A stretch of DNA of 64,000 nucleotides from Trypanosoma brucei (Eukaryota). The stretch covers positions 96,001 to 160,000 of the forward strand of contig CP000071.1 of the NCBI GenBank assembly GCA_000002445.1, given 5' to 3'. A program made the translations under genes and the position numbers. Position 1 is the stretch's first letter. Each line of letters opens with the position of its first letter. The notes under the pieces are model-generated. The model ran no database searches and had not been told where the DNA came from. It saw only the letters and a program-made list of their open reading frames with translations. Below, piece after piece: positions 47,291 through 61,600 of the stretch.

Positions 47291-50200
47291 AATGCGTAAT
47301 TGGGCTCCGACGTCAGCCCGGGACTGAACATTCTTGCTGCCACCAGGCAAATGGCATTTGCCTTTTATGTGGAAGCGCCCATACTGTCAGTGCTTTCGCT
47401 TCTCTACCATACGTTCTTTCCTTTGAAATTCCAGTGTTTCGTTTGTGCTTCAACTGTACTCTAAATGAAAATATAGTACCTATAGGGTGTTAGTCATATA
47501 ATTATGTTAAAGTACTATATTATATTTTTTACATGACAACGGTGAAGTGTTCAACATGTTTATGTCCAACGAGAGTCGCCGATGACGACGAGTACGCCAG
47601 ATGGCTGCGAGGCCCATATTGGGTCGAAAACCAAGATCTTGAGGGTGCTGTGGGTCGCATTAGCAGGTTGTTATTATTATCGCTTGCTCTCGTCTGGCAG
47701 TCGGTTACGGAAGATAATTTAGCCCTAACGGTGTCATATAATAATCTTACCAATTCAATGAGCTACGCTACTCCACTCTCTACACTCCTGCGCCTGTGTT
47801 TGGTTTTTGTGTCAACTTTAGATGGAAATGCTTTAGTGAAGCGGTCTATCATCCGCTTCTCAGTTTTAACTGTGGAGAGTTTTCCTTATCAAGCACCACA
47901 CGATCACGACTCCGGTATGTTTACTAACTTTCATCCCCTTTTGTTAATATTTATTTTTTGCAACCACCATGTGGCAAAGTGGATATGAGCTGCTCCTGTC
48001 TCCATCATTTCGCCATTGCGCCCTGTAATCACCCTTTCTAAATGTTGAATCACTTCTCGAGGACTCCTCGAAAAAAAAAAACCCTGACCATCACCATTCC
48101 CTCTCACTAACTCCCCTTCAAACTCTTATACATAGAGCGTGTAGCTGCACAAGACGGTGTTACACGTATTCGTCCGCCACGCGCAAGGAGAGCCTGCATC
48201 TCAACACTTTCAACCGTCAGCATTATCAGCTGTTTGACCACGGGCATCCCATGAAAATGCTTTCAAACTTCATGCAGGACGAACCAATCTCGGTGGAGCT
48301 GTAGTCGCTATGCACTTATGATTATACAAATGCACCCCTCGTTGTATTTCCAGTTGGCTTCCAAAACACACGAAAAAAAGGAGAGTGAATATGAAATATT
48401 CGAATCCATCACCGACGCATGAGCATTTGTAGTTGGAGCAGGCGCCAATGTCAACGATTCCTCCACAAGTATATAAAGATATATTATTTCACTCACCGGA
48501 AGTATTCATAGAAAGCAAGAAAAAGCATTAAGAGACCACACCTCAGGAGTCTTCACGCTGGAAAGGCTACTCCGCACATTCTTTACGGGCGCAATTGGCA
48601 CGTTCATGACCTTTTACCGCCCACCACCGAGAGGGGCATGTGGCTCCCAGGCGGTATTGTAGAAAAAAAATGCGGCGACAGCATCGAGTTAAAAACAAAC
48701 ATAACACACGTCCATACAAAACAGGGACACAGAAAGTAATTGTCCCTGCACCCTTTCTCAAATGAGAGAGATCTTCATTGGCTGTCAGAAAGAAAAAAAA
48801 AACATCACTGCTTAGTAAGAGGCATCATTTTGAAGAAAGCTCATAATTCAACAAATTCGTTCTTACAATAAAAACGACTGAAATAACAGTTTCTACAAGA
48901 TGTAGGCAGCCGTACACTAGCGTGATGATATGAAGCATGGTATTCGCTCAGGCTTCCGATCTATGAGGAAGTAGAAAAATAGCGGCAAACGCTTGATGTA
49001 GATAATTATTCACAAGGTCCGAAAATAGTATAGGATTCTCTCAGGTAATATCGAATGAACTCATACTCCAATTTGAGCCACAGGAAACACTTGTGCCAAA
49101 CACGTTTCTGCAAACCATCAACCTTTATTCAAGAGGCGGTGGGCACATTTATACCAACGGAAAGCGCGCTGCCTGTAGGCGAAAATATGAAATTCCCGCA
49201 ACAAGCCATGAGATGCACCAACAACGTCTTACACAGGAGGCGAATGTGTTATGCAATACGCTATTGAAGAAGGGTTTTCACGGCCGCTAGCGGAGGGAAT
49301 GCCACCGAACGGCTTCAGGATGACAATAATTCTTGGGATCAACCGTGATCATCTACAGGGAGCGTGGGGAGTTAAATTGGGGCTGGCGACTGAGCCAAGT
49401 GGTGACCATCGTTTTATCGGGTCCGGAGCAAACCATATTGGAGTACTTACCGATAAGTCTTCGTGCACACGCTAAAGAAACAGGTGCAAACCTGCCGGTG
49501 CGGCGAGAATTGGGCGAACGAAACCGTGCGATTGTCAGCAACAATAACCCCGTCATAAAGGAGGCAATTCCGAAGAGGATGAATGGGCTGGTGTCAAATT
49601 TTGGAAGCGAAAATTATGGAGTACACGCGGGGAAATAAAGCGGTATGAAAACGGAAAGGGCGCTGATCAAACTGGAGATGGAAAAAAAAACCTGGGTAAC
49701 GCGCAGGTCTCAAATCCTTTGGGCCAACCACTCGGTCCAATAAAGGAGCAGGAGGTACATGCAAAGAACGAGGGTTATAGCTATCAAAAATGAGGGAACA
49801 GGAATGATATCGGCCTCAAGGAACTGAACGGGCAAAGAATGATCATGCGCTCTGCCTGACAGTGGTGAAAGCGCATATTTAGCTTTTTTTTTTTGCAGAG
49901 GGGGATGCAGTTGTCAGACGCGCTGAGTTCGAGCTAGCAAGAGAAGAAAAAATAAGGCAAAGCGCCGTGAGCAACAGCGCGCATCCCAAAGAATGAGAGT
50001 TGTTCCGACGTATTTAATGAGTTGTAGCTTAACCCAGGAAGTGAGAGAGCGGACCGCAAAGCAGACGACCGGCGTACAGGACACATGAAAAAGATTAACG
50101 AGAGGCAGAAGTAGCGGGGGGAGGGAATTTAGAAGGAACACCTGACACGGGGCCGACTGCCAAGTTCAGACGGGTCCATCACGCTGGACGCGCTTTCGTG

Positions 50201-52158
50201 AGGAGTGTCATCGAACCCAAAAGCGGAAGAGGTCATGACAGAGCTGGAAAGATATTCCGCAGCCATGGCAGAGCGCATTGTGATGGAAAACGGAGCTAAT
50301 AAAACGAACTAAAATAACAAACATGAACATAGCAAAAAAAAAAAGAGGAACGATCCGGTTATCCGGTCAGTATCCAGTGCGATACACGCGTGAGTCAGGC
50401 AGCGGTTGTGCACACGATAAAAGCGCACAAACGGAGGAGCAAGTGAGTGCCATCAGCAACAAAGCTTGGGGAATGAAGTAAAGCTACGAGAGGAATCCCG
50501 GTGTGACGACTGTGTGAAAATCTTTGATTGAAGTTAGCCGTTGTGGTGATTAAAAAAAAACACACACACACAAAACATTCCCATAAAGATAACCGAAGGA
50601 GAAAAAAGTCAGAAAAGCACCAAGGAGGAATTACCGAGAAAGGGCTCCGACGCCCGCACTGGTTGAAAAAGTACGAAAAATACGTATAACAAAAAAACAA
50701 AAGGCAACGAAAAAAAAAAAAACCGTCCAAGTATACAGAGCGTCGAAGAAAAGAGTAAAATGGTTTGAAAAAAAAAAAGAAAACAGAAGGTAGAGAATAC
50801 AAACGCCCGAGAGTCAATGGTATAAAAGGGAACCAGAGAGTAAAACATGGGTAACGGAGCACAACTACAAACCGAAAGTTGGTGGAGAAAGAAGGGAAAA
50901 TCAGAAGGTTATGTTAGACACAGAACCATGTCCAACATGTAGCAAAATATGCCACCACAAGTGGATCCCGAACTGCGTATAACAAAGGATACCTGGCACA
51001 CAACGGCACTCCTTTTTTTACCTTAGAAAAAAAAGGAAAGAAAAAGTGGGGATGGACGGAAAAGGAGGTACAGGGGAGACAAGATATTTTTTAAAAAAAG
51101 CAAAAAAAAAAAGAGATCACGGACATAGAAGATGTACCCGCGCCTCAAGACGGTAGCTGCTGGAGTTCCACTTCCAGGGAGCATCACGAAAACACAAATG
51201 TTTCCCAAGGCAAAAAAAACGAAGAGTGACACAAATTAGCAGGATTTACTTCTCTAACCTCAAAGGCTCATCTCAATGTTCCCCTTTCTTCGCTCAACAA
51301 AACACGCCACTAAGCAATACCTGGCAATTCACCTTTAGGTAAGATAGAGGCGACAGCCCCATAAGGTAGTCAAAAAAAAGGGTTGGGGATGTTGTCTCGG
51401 AAGTGAGTTCCGCACTTGTTTGAGAGACTTACTATTAAGGATGCGAAGGCAAGAGTACAAAGCAGACAAGTTCAAGGAAAAAGAGAAGCAATGTAAATGT
51501 GTGGTTGGCATCTTTTCTCAGGGAGTTGTCCAAAGTGCAATACTCCACGACCCCGATACAAAAAAAAAAAAGCAAAGTTGAAACCTACAAAATCGAAGGA
51601 AGAAGACCACACCCACCTTAAAGAATCCGCAAAACTCTACCGCAAAACAAGGCAAATGAAGTGTACAAAAGCAAAGGTTGATGCAACGGCAAGGTGCAAA
51701 CTCTCAAAACACCAGACGCTTATTCAGCATTTGGCGTATCTAAATGGAAAGCGGTAGGGAACCCCGATCGGCTTCCCATCGTGATCAGCAGTCCATTTAG
51801 GAGTCGGTGCCGCGGGAATGGAGTACCATAAGCTTACTGTCACATTCCCCTCCCTTTCCCCCCCAAAAAAAAATAATAATCCGGTACCATAACTTAATTC
51901 CCATCTGTTGTCCCCGCCTTTTGTGCGCATGCGCAGTTCAACACCAATACACGCAGCAACCACCTCTTCGACTTAGGGGTCCAACATCAGGGAACCTCAC
52001 TTACCATTTGCACTAAAAAAGGAGAAAAAATGAGCGAAATAAACATAGCCACTCCTCCAGGGCCGTGAGCGGGTAGTGACAACCAATGGGTAGCACTGCT
52101 TTACGCACTTAAATCGAGTCAAATCATGCCGACCCAAAATATGGAACTGCCAACGTTA

Positions 52159-52184
52159 AAATAATAATAATAATAATAATAATA
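52159..52184. repeat. (TAA)8-9 microsatellite
   Basis: 'ataataataataataataataatagg'. Confidence 0.8.
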
Positions 52185-52506
52185 GGACAAGCCCATAGAT
52201 AAACAGTCAATGAGTAACTGTAGATGGAAGAAAACAAAAGTAAAAAAAACAGCACATCTGTGAATGGGCTAAACCCAATGTATGCTGGTGTAAAGTGGCT
52301 CTTACAATGTTATGGGGTCAGGGGTGGGGGTCCTAGTAGTATAAATTCATGTTCATCTTCGTCCGCTGTTACGAAACAAATGCGGACATCCATCACACAA
52401 TTATACAGCCTTGCTCTTTTTTTTTACCTAATGTTTTGGGAGACTTTCGCATTCTGGTGCCTACAACTTTCATAATATCGTATAGTAAAATGGCGTTTTA
52501 CACTAT

Positions 52507-53247
52507 TCAGTTATGCTTCCGCATTGGGAAACGCAGATCCTCCAACTTCAGTAGATTTTGTAATCCGTTCAAATTATTTAGGTTCATACAGTCAAATATG
52601 TCCAATTTTTTTTTGAAATTACAAAGAATCTTTATGGCATCGATATTTTTAAGACCTACACATCCCGAGAGATCCGGTCTTTCTAAACTCCTTAAATAAC
52701 GTAGTTCACTAATATTGTTCAATTTGGTACATCCGGATAGGTAAAGCGTTTTCAACCCAACAACTTTTTGAAGCCCATCCAGATCCTTTAGATCCGTACA
52801 ATGGTTTAGGTAAAGCTCTTTCCAATTTCGGACATCCCCGCAGAAACTTCGCGCCACCCACCGACGCACAACCGTTGAGATTTGTTGCTTTTACTTCATT
52901 TTTTTTTTTTCGATGCACAACTCACTTACGTTCCTCAGATTGTCACGATCTGATAAACTCAACGCATCCAAATTACGCGCATCCGCGAGACCACGCACTT
53001 CGCGACGACTTGGGCACCCTTTGACTACGAAGGACTTCAATCCGACGCAGTCACTCACATTGATCTCCGTTAAAGTTTCGCACCGCTCCACATGGAGAGC
53101 AACAAAATTATCTGCACGGCACAAATTCGCGTTTTTTTTAAAGGTCGCGTACACTTTTAGTTTGAGAACTCCATCCGTTTCAGAACCGATGAAGAACTCT
53201 ATATTTTGTGTTGTATCGTGAAACCCACGAATTGAGTACATGTCCAC
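52507..53247 (-). pseudogene. Leucine-rich-repeat protein pseudogene (LRRP/ESAG8-like LRRs) split over three frames
   Basis: Three ORF pieces (53247..52891, 52918..52709, 52869..52507) each carry 22-24-aa LRR units of the kind 'L..L..LDLSGC..L.N…L': 'LKTLYLSGCTKLNNISELRYLRSLERPDLSGCVGLKNIDAIKIL', 'LTEINVSDCVGLKSFVVKGC', 'LGHPLTTKDF…'. The repeat type resembles the ESAG8/LRRP1 family of T. brucei. Confidence 0.5.
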
Positions 53248-55120
53248 ACCATCCCCAACTATTTGGTGTCATGCCGCGGCCGCAACCTGCTCTGTGGCTG
53301 CATTTCCCCGCGAGCGGAAGAATTGTTTGATTAGGCGTCGTCGCCTCATGGTTGGGACGTTTCGTCATCTCCCTTTCGGTTCTGGCACCATTCTCAGTTT
53401 GCTTCCGCCTGACCGGCAGTTCCACTTCACCAGGTTCAGTTTTGTTCTTATTCTGTGGCGCATCTGCTGCTTCCATCCGCGGATCCCTCTGGTTTTCCCC
53501 CACCTCCGTTGTTTTGATTGTGAGTCTCCTTTTTTTCCCCCTTGAAAATGAGATGATCTTGCCGTTCACAAATGCAGAGTAGCCCACCAGCATTATCATT
53601 AACAGACATTCTCCTACTACTGATGATGTTTCCATGGCCCTCTCAACACTTCCGTGGTAAAATTTATTTATTTATTTCCTGCATAATGAGCAACCCTGAA
53701 ATGAGAATAACTGGTCATGCGAGAATAAGTATTTACAGTCCTCTTACTCCAAACCGACCTGCGACTGCGGCAAATACCCCTCTTACGCGTTCATCTCGAA
53801 GCAGCTGCCAGCCGCTAACCGGCAACCATCAAACTTTCAATCATTTCTCAACTACTCTAACTATACACACACGCAAAAAAAAAAAGAACTCAGAAAAAGT
53901 GGGACACAAGTAAACACAGAGGGTCACATACGTTTATTACCATTCCACTTCTTATTTTTCTCCACACCTGCACGACTACTACTAACCCGTAACCTTAAAC
54001 AAAGGATAGACATATACTTTACTGCCAACGCGAAAAAAAAAAATGTTCGTGGGGAAGACACCAGTTTACACATTACCTCTTAAGGATTTGCACCGTGTTA
54101 TTGCAGCAAAATCTGGGCTTCCACGACGAGCGTGGCTTGAAAAGGTGAAGAAGCGAAAATTCGTAAGCACCCCCCCCGCAGCACAACATAAAAACATCAC
54201 AACATAAACGAAATCCCTGGAACGCACTCGTTGAACGTGTGCCCACACGCAACTCTTTTCGCCAAACTTCATCACAACAGCAAGTGGAACATCAAGAAAA
54301 GGTACCCAAAAACTTTCCCCCGCCTGCTGCATAATCGGGTCGAAAAGTTCAGCAGCACAAATGAAGCCGGTGCAGCTTTTTTTTCTTCCACCGGAATCCT
54401 GAACCATGCCATCTCAAGGATGCAATAACGCCGGTGGCAACCTTTCGGCACCGTGCATTACCTCGCCGGATCACCGCCGCAGCGCGGCCCCGTAACCCTA
54501 AATGAAACAAAAAAATGAAATCCACCGTAGGCGACACCGTAGGCACTGGCATTACTGCATTAAAGAAAACGTTCTACCTGAGTCGTTCTGGGATGGAAAA
54601 CAAATCGGCGCTCTCTTCAAAATAGCTTCGTGACTGTTAGCATAGGCAAATTATTCCAAGATCCCTTCAATATTCTAGTTTCTTCAACGAGTGCATTACA
54701 GCAAGGAAACAAAAGCAAACACGTGCTCGCAAAAAATGTGTGAAAAACAAAATTACAGAACCACACGAACTTTATTTTTTCATTCACCTCATCGATGTTT
54801 TTTCTTCACTTAAAACTCCTGAAACGATCGTCAATGTAATGAGGCACTTGCAACACGATCCAAAGTGGATGAATTCCCAACCAACAGGTTCATTCCCCCC
54901 ACGCCTCGTCACAGACTATGAAATACCTCACACACGCAGCGATTATCGTTATATTCCATTTCTTTCCCTTAACCCAACTAAAGCGGATGTTGACCACAGC
55001 AGAATGCGCAAGTGGAGCTACGGGCCAGACGAACGATCTACAGAAATTTGATAGTGCGTTCCCTTCCTGATGTTTTTACGGACCCTCACAGGTAGTTTCC
55101 ATAGCATAATAACGTGTGCG

Positions 55121-55146
55121 GGGTTAGGGTTAGGGTTAGGGTTAGG
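55121..55146 (+). repeat. Interstitial telomeric repeat, (TTAGGG)4
   Basis: 'gcggggttagggttagggttagggttaggcc'. Its G-rich strand is the + strand. Confidence 0.9.
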
Positions 55147-55634
55147 CCAGCACCACAGCATTCGATAAGACAAAACAACAAGTCACAAAAATAGGATCAC
55201 ACCGGACATACGTGCCTGTCGCTGCTTTAAAATAAGGATGCAAAAAGCAACGAGCGCATTTGACATTGGCAATAAAAGGGAAAATGAGTGGGCAACAACA
55301 CCAAAGGATTTACCCTCCGCTCCTCCATCACCCACTGCAAGTGAAAATAACCATAGAAACAATAGTTTCGACCTTCACGCAGTGCGGGGAGCAAGTTGGC
55401 TCCCTTCAGATGCAAGAGATGAGAATTGTGTGATCCTTCCAAACCTTGCCTTTTCTATCTGCGGTATATTTGTCAAAGCGCCTAACCTTCAATGTCACTC
55501 AGAGAAAAGAAAAAAATAAGACAACATGTCATCTCACATCACCTTTGTCCTCCAAGTGAAGATGAAACATTGCCACTCACGAACTAGTGTGCGGGGTAGA
55601 ACAATTTTGAGACGCGACTGTCTCTGGCGCACCT

Positions 55635-58600
55635 TTATAGCAGTAAAGTATCTGATGCGTCGATATTCTTACTGTTGGAAGAAAATATGACGGCCCCAAT
55701 GCGGTTCAACACGCTTCGAATGGACGAAAAGGACGGAAAAACTACTGCACCTGAGACCAACTGAGGCACCTGCCGCAACAATTCCATCATAACAGCTTCA
55801 CAGCACGCGCTCCATACGTTGGCCAGTGAAGCGCCATGGAAGTCCTTGCGGTGCGTACCGGGAAGAGTTATTTCAGCACGGTGAATGGAAGGGAAAATGT
55901 TACCGACGTGAGATCCTTTAAAAATAATGTCCTCAGGCGGCCGGTCACTCCTATCGTACGTGAAGAGCACAAATATATCGGATATTTTTATAAAGTGGAG
56001 CTGCACACTCATGAATTTAAGTAGCTTCCAACAACTAAGCATGCCGCGCTGCACACGTACCACATTCTCCAAATCCTTGTTAGTTTCTGAGGATTTGTAG
56101 CGTCTTCCTAGCCTCCGCATTTGATACACAAAGGTGTCCGATAGTTCCAATTCAAGAGTCGTGACGTGACTGTACACGGAAGAGGCAAGAATAGCGTTGC
56201 CGACGATTCGTGCGTCGCGAACAGTGAGATCAATACTGAAGGGTTTTATTTCATGGCTCATCTTCCCGTTGTAGGTACCATTGCTGCGCATATTGGACAC
56301 TGTGCATTGAACTGTCACCCTCTTGTGTTCGTAAACCAACCACGACTCACATCGGCCCACCACGCAGTTAATTGGAATGTTATCCCCATCCTCCACAAGC
56401 AAACCAATACCACATGCTTTCACACCAGCACGCAACATCATCTCCTCTACAGGCGTCTCAACTATCACAGCGCTACCAACCAATGTTCCTAAGCCACTTC
56501 GCAGCGAAGAAATAGCGTATGTTGTCACAAGGGTGATAACCCATCCGACCGTGTCCTTCCTTTGGTGAATGAAGGCTGCTACATCGTTTCCAATTTCTAC
56601 CTCTGTTCCGTGGGACAGAAGGACCCGGAATCTCCGTGAAGAGTTAACACCTTCACGAAGAACCAATACCACTTCGCCACTAGTTAAGGAATGAGGAGTG
56701 TACGATGAGACACTCATACGGGGTACCTTCTCATAGTTGTGCGATGTTAAGTTGACGACAGTCACGTATGGGGGGCGTGGTTCACTGACTGACACCACAG
56801 TTGGTTCGAAGCGGTCCTCCTTGAACACGCGAATCTCATGGTGTGTGTCTCCGCACTCGATGAAAGCAGATGAGCATGTCTGTGGTAAGAGGCTCACCGC
56901 CACAGGCGCGCTAAATTCGATGTTTACAGTTGTGTCGCTACCCTTTGCGCTCCATGCGAATGCAAAATTTACAACTTCATCATTCGCTAGAGCAGTGTAA
57001 GATACCGTCCCCCCCGCGGGAACTGTGAAACAGTGTGGCAACTCATCGGTAAACAACCCACCCCTTCTCGTTACGTGTCTTACTTGGAGGTCCCGTAAAT
57101 CATCCATGTTGGTAAAAAGTAGAGGTGGTATTAGCTCCATGAAGTAACCGAAGCGATCGACTCGAGACCGCATGAGAAAAAGATGAGGCTGTCCGAGATG
57201 TGTGCCTTTGACGCTCATCGGTGCGCAGAAGAGCGGGCGTTCCTCAAAATCTTCGGTAACTTCAAAAGAAACGGAACTCAGTTCTCCCGCATGTAATACC
57301 AGGCGAGTGTGAAGGGGTAGATATGCAAAGTTTCGGCCTGTTGCGTGACTCAATGCGCCATCCCGGATCAAACCAGTTGGTTTCCCTACCTCGGTGGTAA
57401 ACCTCACATCCGTACCAGAGTTATTTTTAAGCCCAAAGACGCCATAGGGGCGAACGGTGCAGACACTAGGCGCAGTGCAGCTGCCAACATCCTGCTGTCC
57501 AATATCCAGTTCAAAGAAGCGCTTGTAGGGAAATTCCCTGTGCCTCATCAGAACCCTCTGTCTTAACGATCCTTCGTTGAAACACGCTTCAACACGATCA
57601 GTACTGAAATAGATGTCTGAGTAAACTATACTTTCAAAAACATAATCCACCCTTGGACCAAAGGGATCGTGCTGCAGCGTAAAAAAAGTGCCGCTCGGTT
57701 CGATAATGCATTCCTCAACAACAAGATCACTGATTAGTAGTAACACTTTCATATTAAAACGGGTTCCATTATGAATGCCAAGTCGTGCGGGAGATAGAAA
57801 CATCGTGAGAACGCCGCCACTCAGAAGATAAGTGACATCAATATATACTGGCACGTCTCCCAGCACAAACTTCCTGAGACGCCCAATAGAATCATCCCCA
57901 CGCTCTTCGGCCAACTTAAATAAAATTCTCAATGAGCCTTCGCTAAGCAATTGCTGCTCAGATGTGCAGGCACTATTGGAGGACATCAAGCAAAGAGATA
58001 TGTCGTCCCTAGAAATAAGGTGAATGGGGACAGGTAAGGTTTCGCCTGGAGGAACTTCCAGCTTACCGACCGAGGAATCGATAGCCCCAAGCACCACACC
58101 ACATGGTAACCTGTTGCTAATTTGAAAACTGGTGCGGAAGCTCACACGTTGAGAGAGGGTGTGGTCGAGTACCTGCCTAACAATTCGAACCTTCTCTCCA
58201 GATGTTAATGTAACGACACACGCCCTGCGTAGCACATCCGTGAGTTCTTTCTCTGGGTTGGGGTCTCGGTAACTCTCAAAATGCGATATTCGGCAGTTGT
58301 CAACGGAGTGAATGCAACGTGGAAAGACAAGATGGTTACCATAAAATGTTTGGCGCTCCTTAACCACAACGCGCTCCCCGTCATCGACGTCCAAAACCAG
58401 TGATACCCCAAGCTGGTTAATTACTTCCACCGTGGGGGGTACCGTAAGTCCCCTTCCAAAATTTCCCGGAAGGAAGGAGGATGCAATGAATTTCATTTGC
58501 TCTATCGAAACAGACAGATCGAGTGAAGAGAGTAAAGTTTCACATGCAACGTGTTTCGAATCTAACAAACGAGCAACTGCTGCGACTGACAGAGGGCGCT

Positions 58601-61600
58601 GCAACGCGCGTTTGTAGGACTGTGAGCAGAAGTCCCACAATGTTAATTCCTGTACACCAAATCGGAAATCCACATGCGCTTCTCCTCCATCAGCTTCAAC
58701 TTTCGATCGGAGTAGGGACTTGTTAACGGCCATATGCGCAACCGATGCACCACCGCGAAGGAGGATATCGATGGGGAAGGCAGACACAGCAATAGACCAC
58801 TTCCCCTCCCCGAAAAGATATTTCAAGCGTTTATAACACAGCAGAGGCGATGTCCTTGACCTTCCGTTGAAACCTTTGCGACAACTCGTCCCGCCAATGA
58901 GCTGCTGCATTGTTTCAACCAAACCCATGGGGACCCCAACACGATCAACTTGAAGTGTGGCGTTCACGGTACCAATATGCTCTTTACACCTTGTTGCGAC
59001 GTTTACAGCGGAAGTGGTGCTAGAAAAAACGCGCGAGCAAACGCTGCCATCAATGTAGTCGACCCAACTGTTTTGTAAGCAGAGTTGAAGCCCCAATCCG
59101 TAAGAGGTGGAACACAAACAGTCACCCACGAGGGTAAACGCAAATGTAAGTTGACAACCCGTAGGAAAAAGAAGTTCCCCTCTACTATGGTGAATCATCA
59201 GATGAAGTCCATGAGGCACTATGCAACGTAAAATGTCTCTCACATTAGGAGCATCAAGTTGCGTTGCTTCATGGGTTTCAAGTTTTTTGATTGTGTCATC
59301 ACAGTCCAAAAGAAGAAAAGATCCACTTTCATCCTCAACTGCAATAGAACTCCGAATCAACGTGGAGATGCGACAACGTTGAAAAAGGACATGAGTTCCC
59401 CGACATACTACTAAGCGAGCACTTCCACGAACAGCTAAAAACTCGCACTCCACAACGTTAACAACTTTGCCCGGGCAATTAAAGAAACACGAGCCGATCA
59501 TATCGAGGTTATATGACACGTCATGCAGGTAATCTGCTGTGATAACGTGCTTTCTTGATAGTGAAGTAGCCATGCGGCGTATATCCAATAGTGCATCAAA
59601 CAGTTGCCGAACCGGGTACGGTGTGTCGCACAAGTTTGTCTTGAGTTCAATGCATTCCAACTCAACAAGCGCCTGTTTTTCAAAGGTTGATAAAACGGAT
59701 GTTGCCTCCGCACCGTATTTACGGGCGTCCTGCGTGGAAGCTGTTGAGGCGAGAACAAATTTCAACGCCTCCAATTTCAATGAAATAACATCCCCACCAT
59801 ACATTGTTATTGACTGCACATTCAGTTTCAAAGGGGTCAAACCACCCTCCGCATGCACTCCAAGCACACACATCGCCTCTTTTCTGAAGAGAAATGAGGC
59901 AGAAAGATCACGGACTTCCACCTTCAAACAAGAGGAAGGTAAAAGAGGGTGAAGCACATCAGCGTCCACAGCGGGTATGTACAGTTCCTTTGTGTATGCA
60001 CCGCAGCTGTTAATCAATAGCGCGGGTGGTGAATCACGTAGTTCATGAAAAAACTCACTGAAACGATTGAAAAAGGAAAGAGCGCTTTCACTGCCCGCAT
60101 TTGGGATCCTGCATCGACATTGCAGGACCCCAGATTCGCCAAATGACAAGACGCAAGTTGTGTTGCAGAGTGCTATTGCAATTTCGCAACTGTTATGCGG
60201 AAACGCGCAGCACCATTCCCTCCACGCATGTGGACTTACGAAAAGTGCGCCGCACGATTCCATCGTTGAAGTAATTTGCTTAAATTCCCCAGCAGTCAGC
60301 CGATCAACCCGCACGCAAACGGAACCCACACTGATTAGGACACAAGCCACTGGTGGAAGAAAGTTATGTGTTAAAGCAGAGTGCAACCGGGAACAAAAAG
60401 AAACACGAAGGGGTGCAACCTCCACTGCGTCTAAAACTTGAACTGTCTCGACCGAAAAATGAGACATTGGGTGGCTCAATCCCAACTGTAAATTTGATGC
60501 AGAGAGCAATTTCTGCGTCGAGAACACTCCCAGCGTAACTTCCACGACGCTCGACGACGCCAGTGCGCAAAACAAACGACCCTTCGATAGCGAAGCCACC
60601 CGGCACTTGGCGCCGCGAGGAAAATCAATGATGAAAAAGGGTTTGCTAGCATCCTCTGTTGTAAGCATAAATGATCGCAGATGAATGCAAAGAACATCCT
60701 CGTCACTCACATTCTTAGAGGAAAAAATACGCGTTTCTCCAATAGTTATGACGCTTTCCGTTGGTACAAACCAACACTGAATGCACTTTATGCAAATACA
60801 CTGGCTTTTTTTCTTCCTCCTCGATACCTGATGAATATCTGCAGCGGTAAAAATTTCTTCCCAGCTCGAAATAGAAACGTTGGCGTTGCTCGATCTCTGT
60901 GTGCGCTTGGTGGCCCCTTTATACGACTCATAGCCGACCCAAGCAACTTCTGACCATTCGCTACAAATATGCTTAAGGTACTCCCAAAATGCAGGGCAAA
61001 TATTAAACTTTAACTCAGAAACAATGATGTTACCCTCATCTCCCATTCGCACATTGATGGGCGCAACTAATTCGTGGGCCCCCTCACCAAAGTGTGCGGA
61101 CAGGGCGTGTAGCGAAACTCCAATTTGTGAGCCCCTCGGAGCATCTCCTTTAATGATTATTAGCGAGAGTTTCTCACATTCGACATTGATATCGTCGATA
61201 ATTAGCCGGAGGAAGGGTAGAACAAAACTCATCTTCTCCATGGTTCCACGAGATGATGGTGCTGGTGCGGTTCTTGATGTTGCAACCATCTCCACAAAGA
61301 GAAGTGGTAGAATGGAGGCTACCGGTTTGATTGTTTCGAGTAGTCGCGGTGTCGATAATGCAATGCGAGTAGGTTCTACATTTACCTTTAGGGAACACGC
61401 TCCCTTCGTCTTGCGTTTCTGAAAGCTAAAAAACGGCACGTCAGAAGCACCCGGTAGACGCAGAGTTTCCCACATGCTGTCATCTTTTAGTGATACGTCC
61501 CCAATGTGAACATTAGTCTCGTCCACTCGGCTAACAAGGGTAATCTCACCCAGAAGCATAACAGTTCCCGTTGGAAAGTAAATGTACACTTCACCAATGT

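Noticed and set aside
50395..51232. ORFs of 155, 79 and 69 aa on the minus strand with Phe/Leu-rich low-complexity proteins.
   Set aside because: They are an artefact of reading through poly(T) on the minus strand across the purine-rich block.
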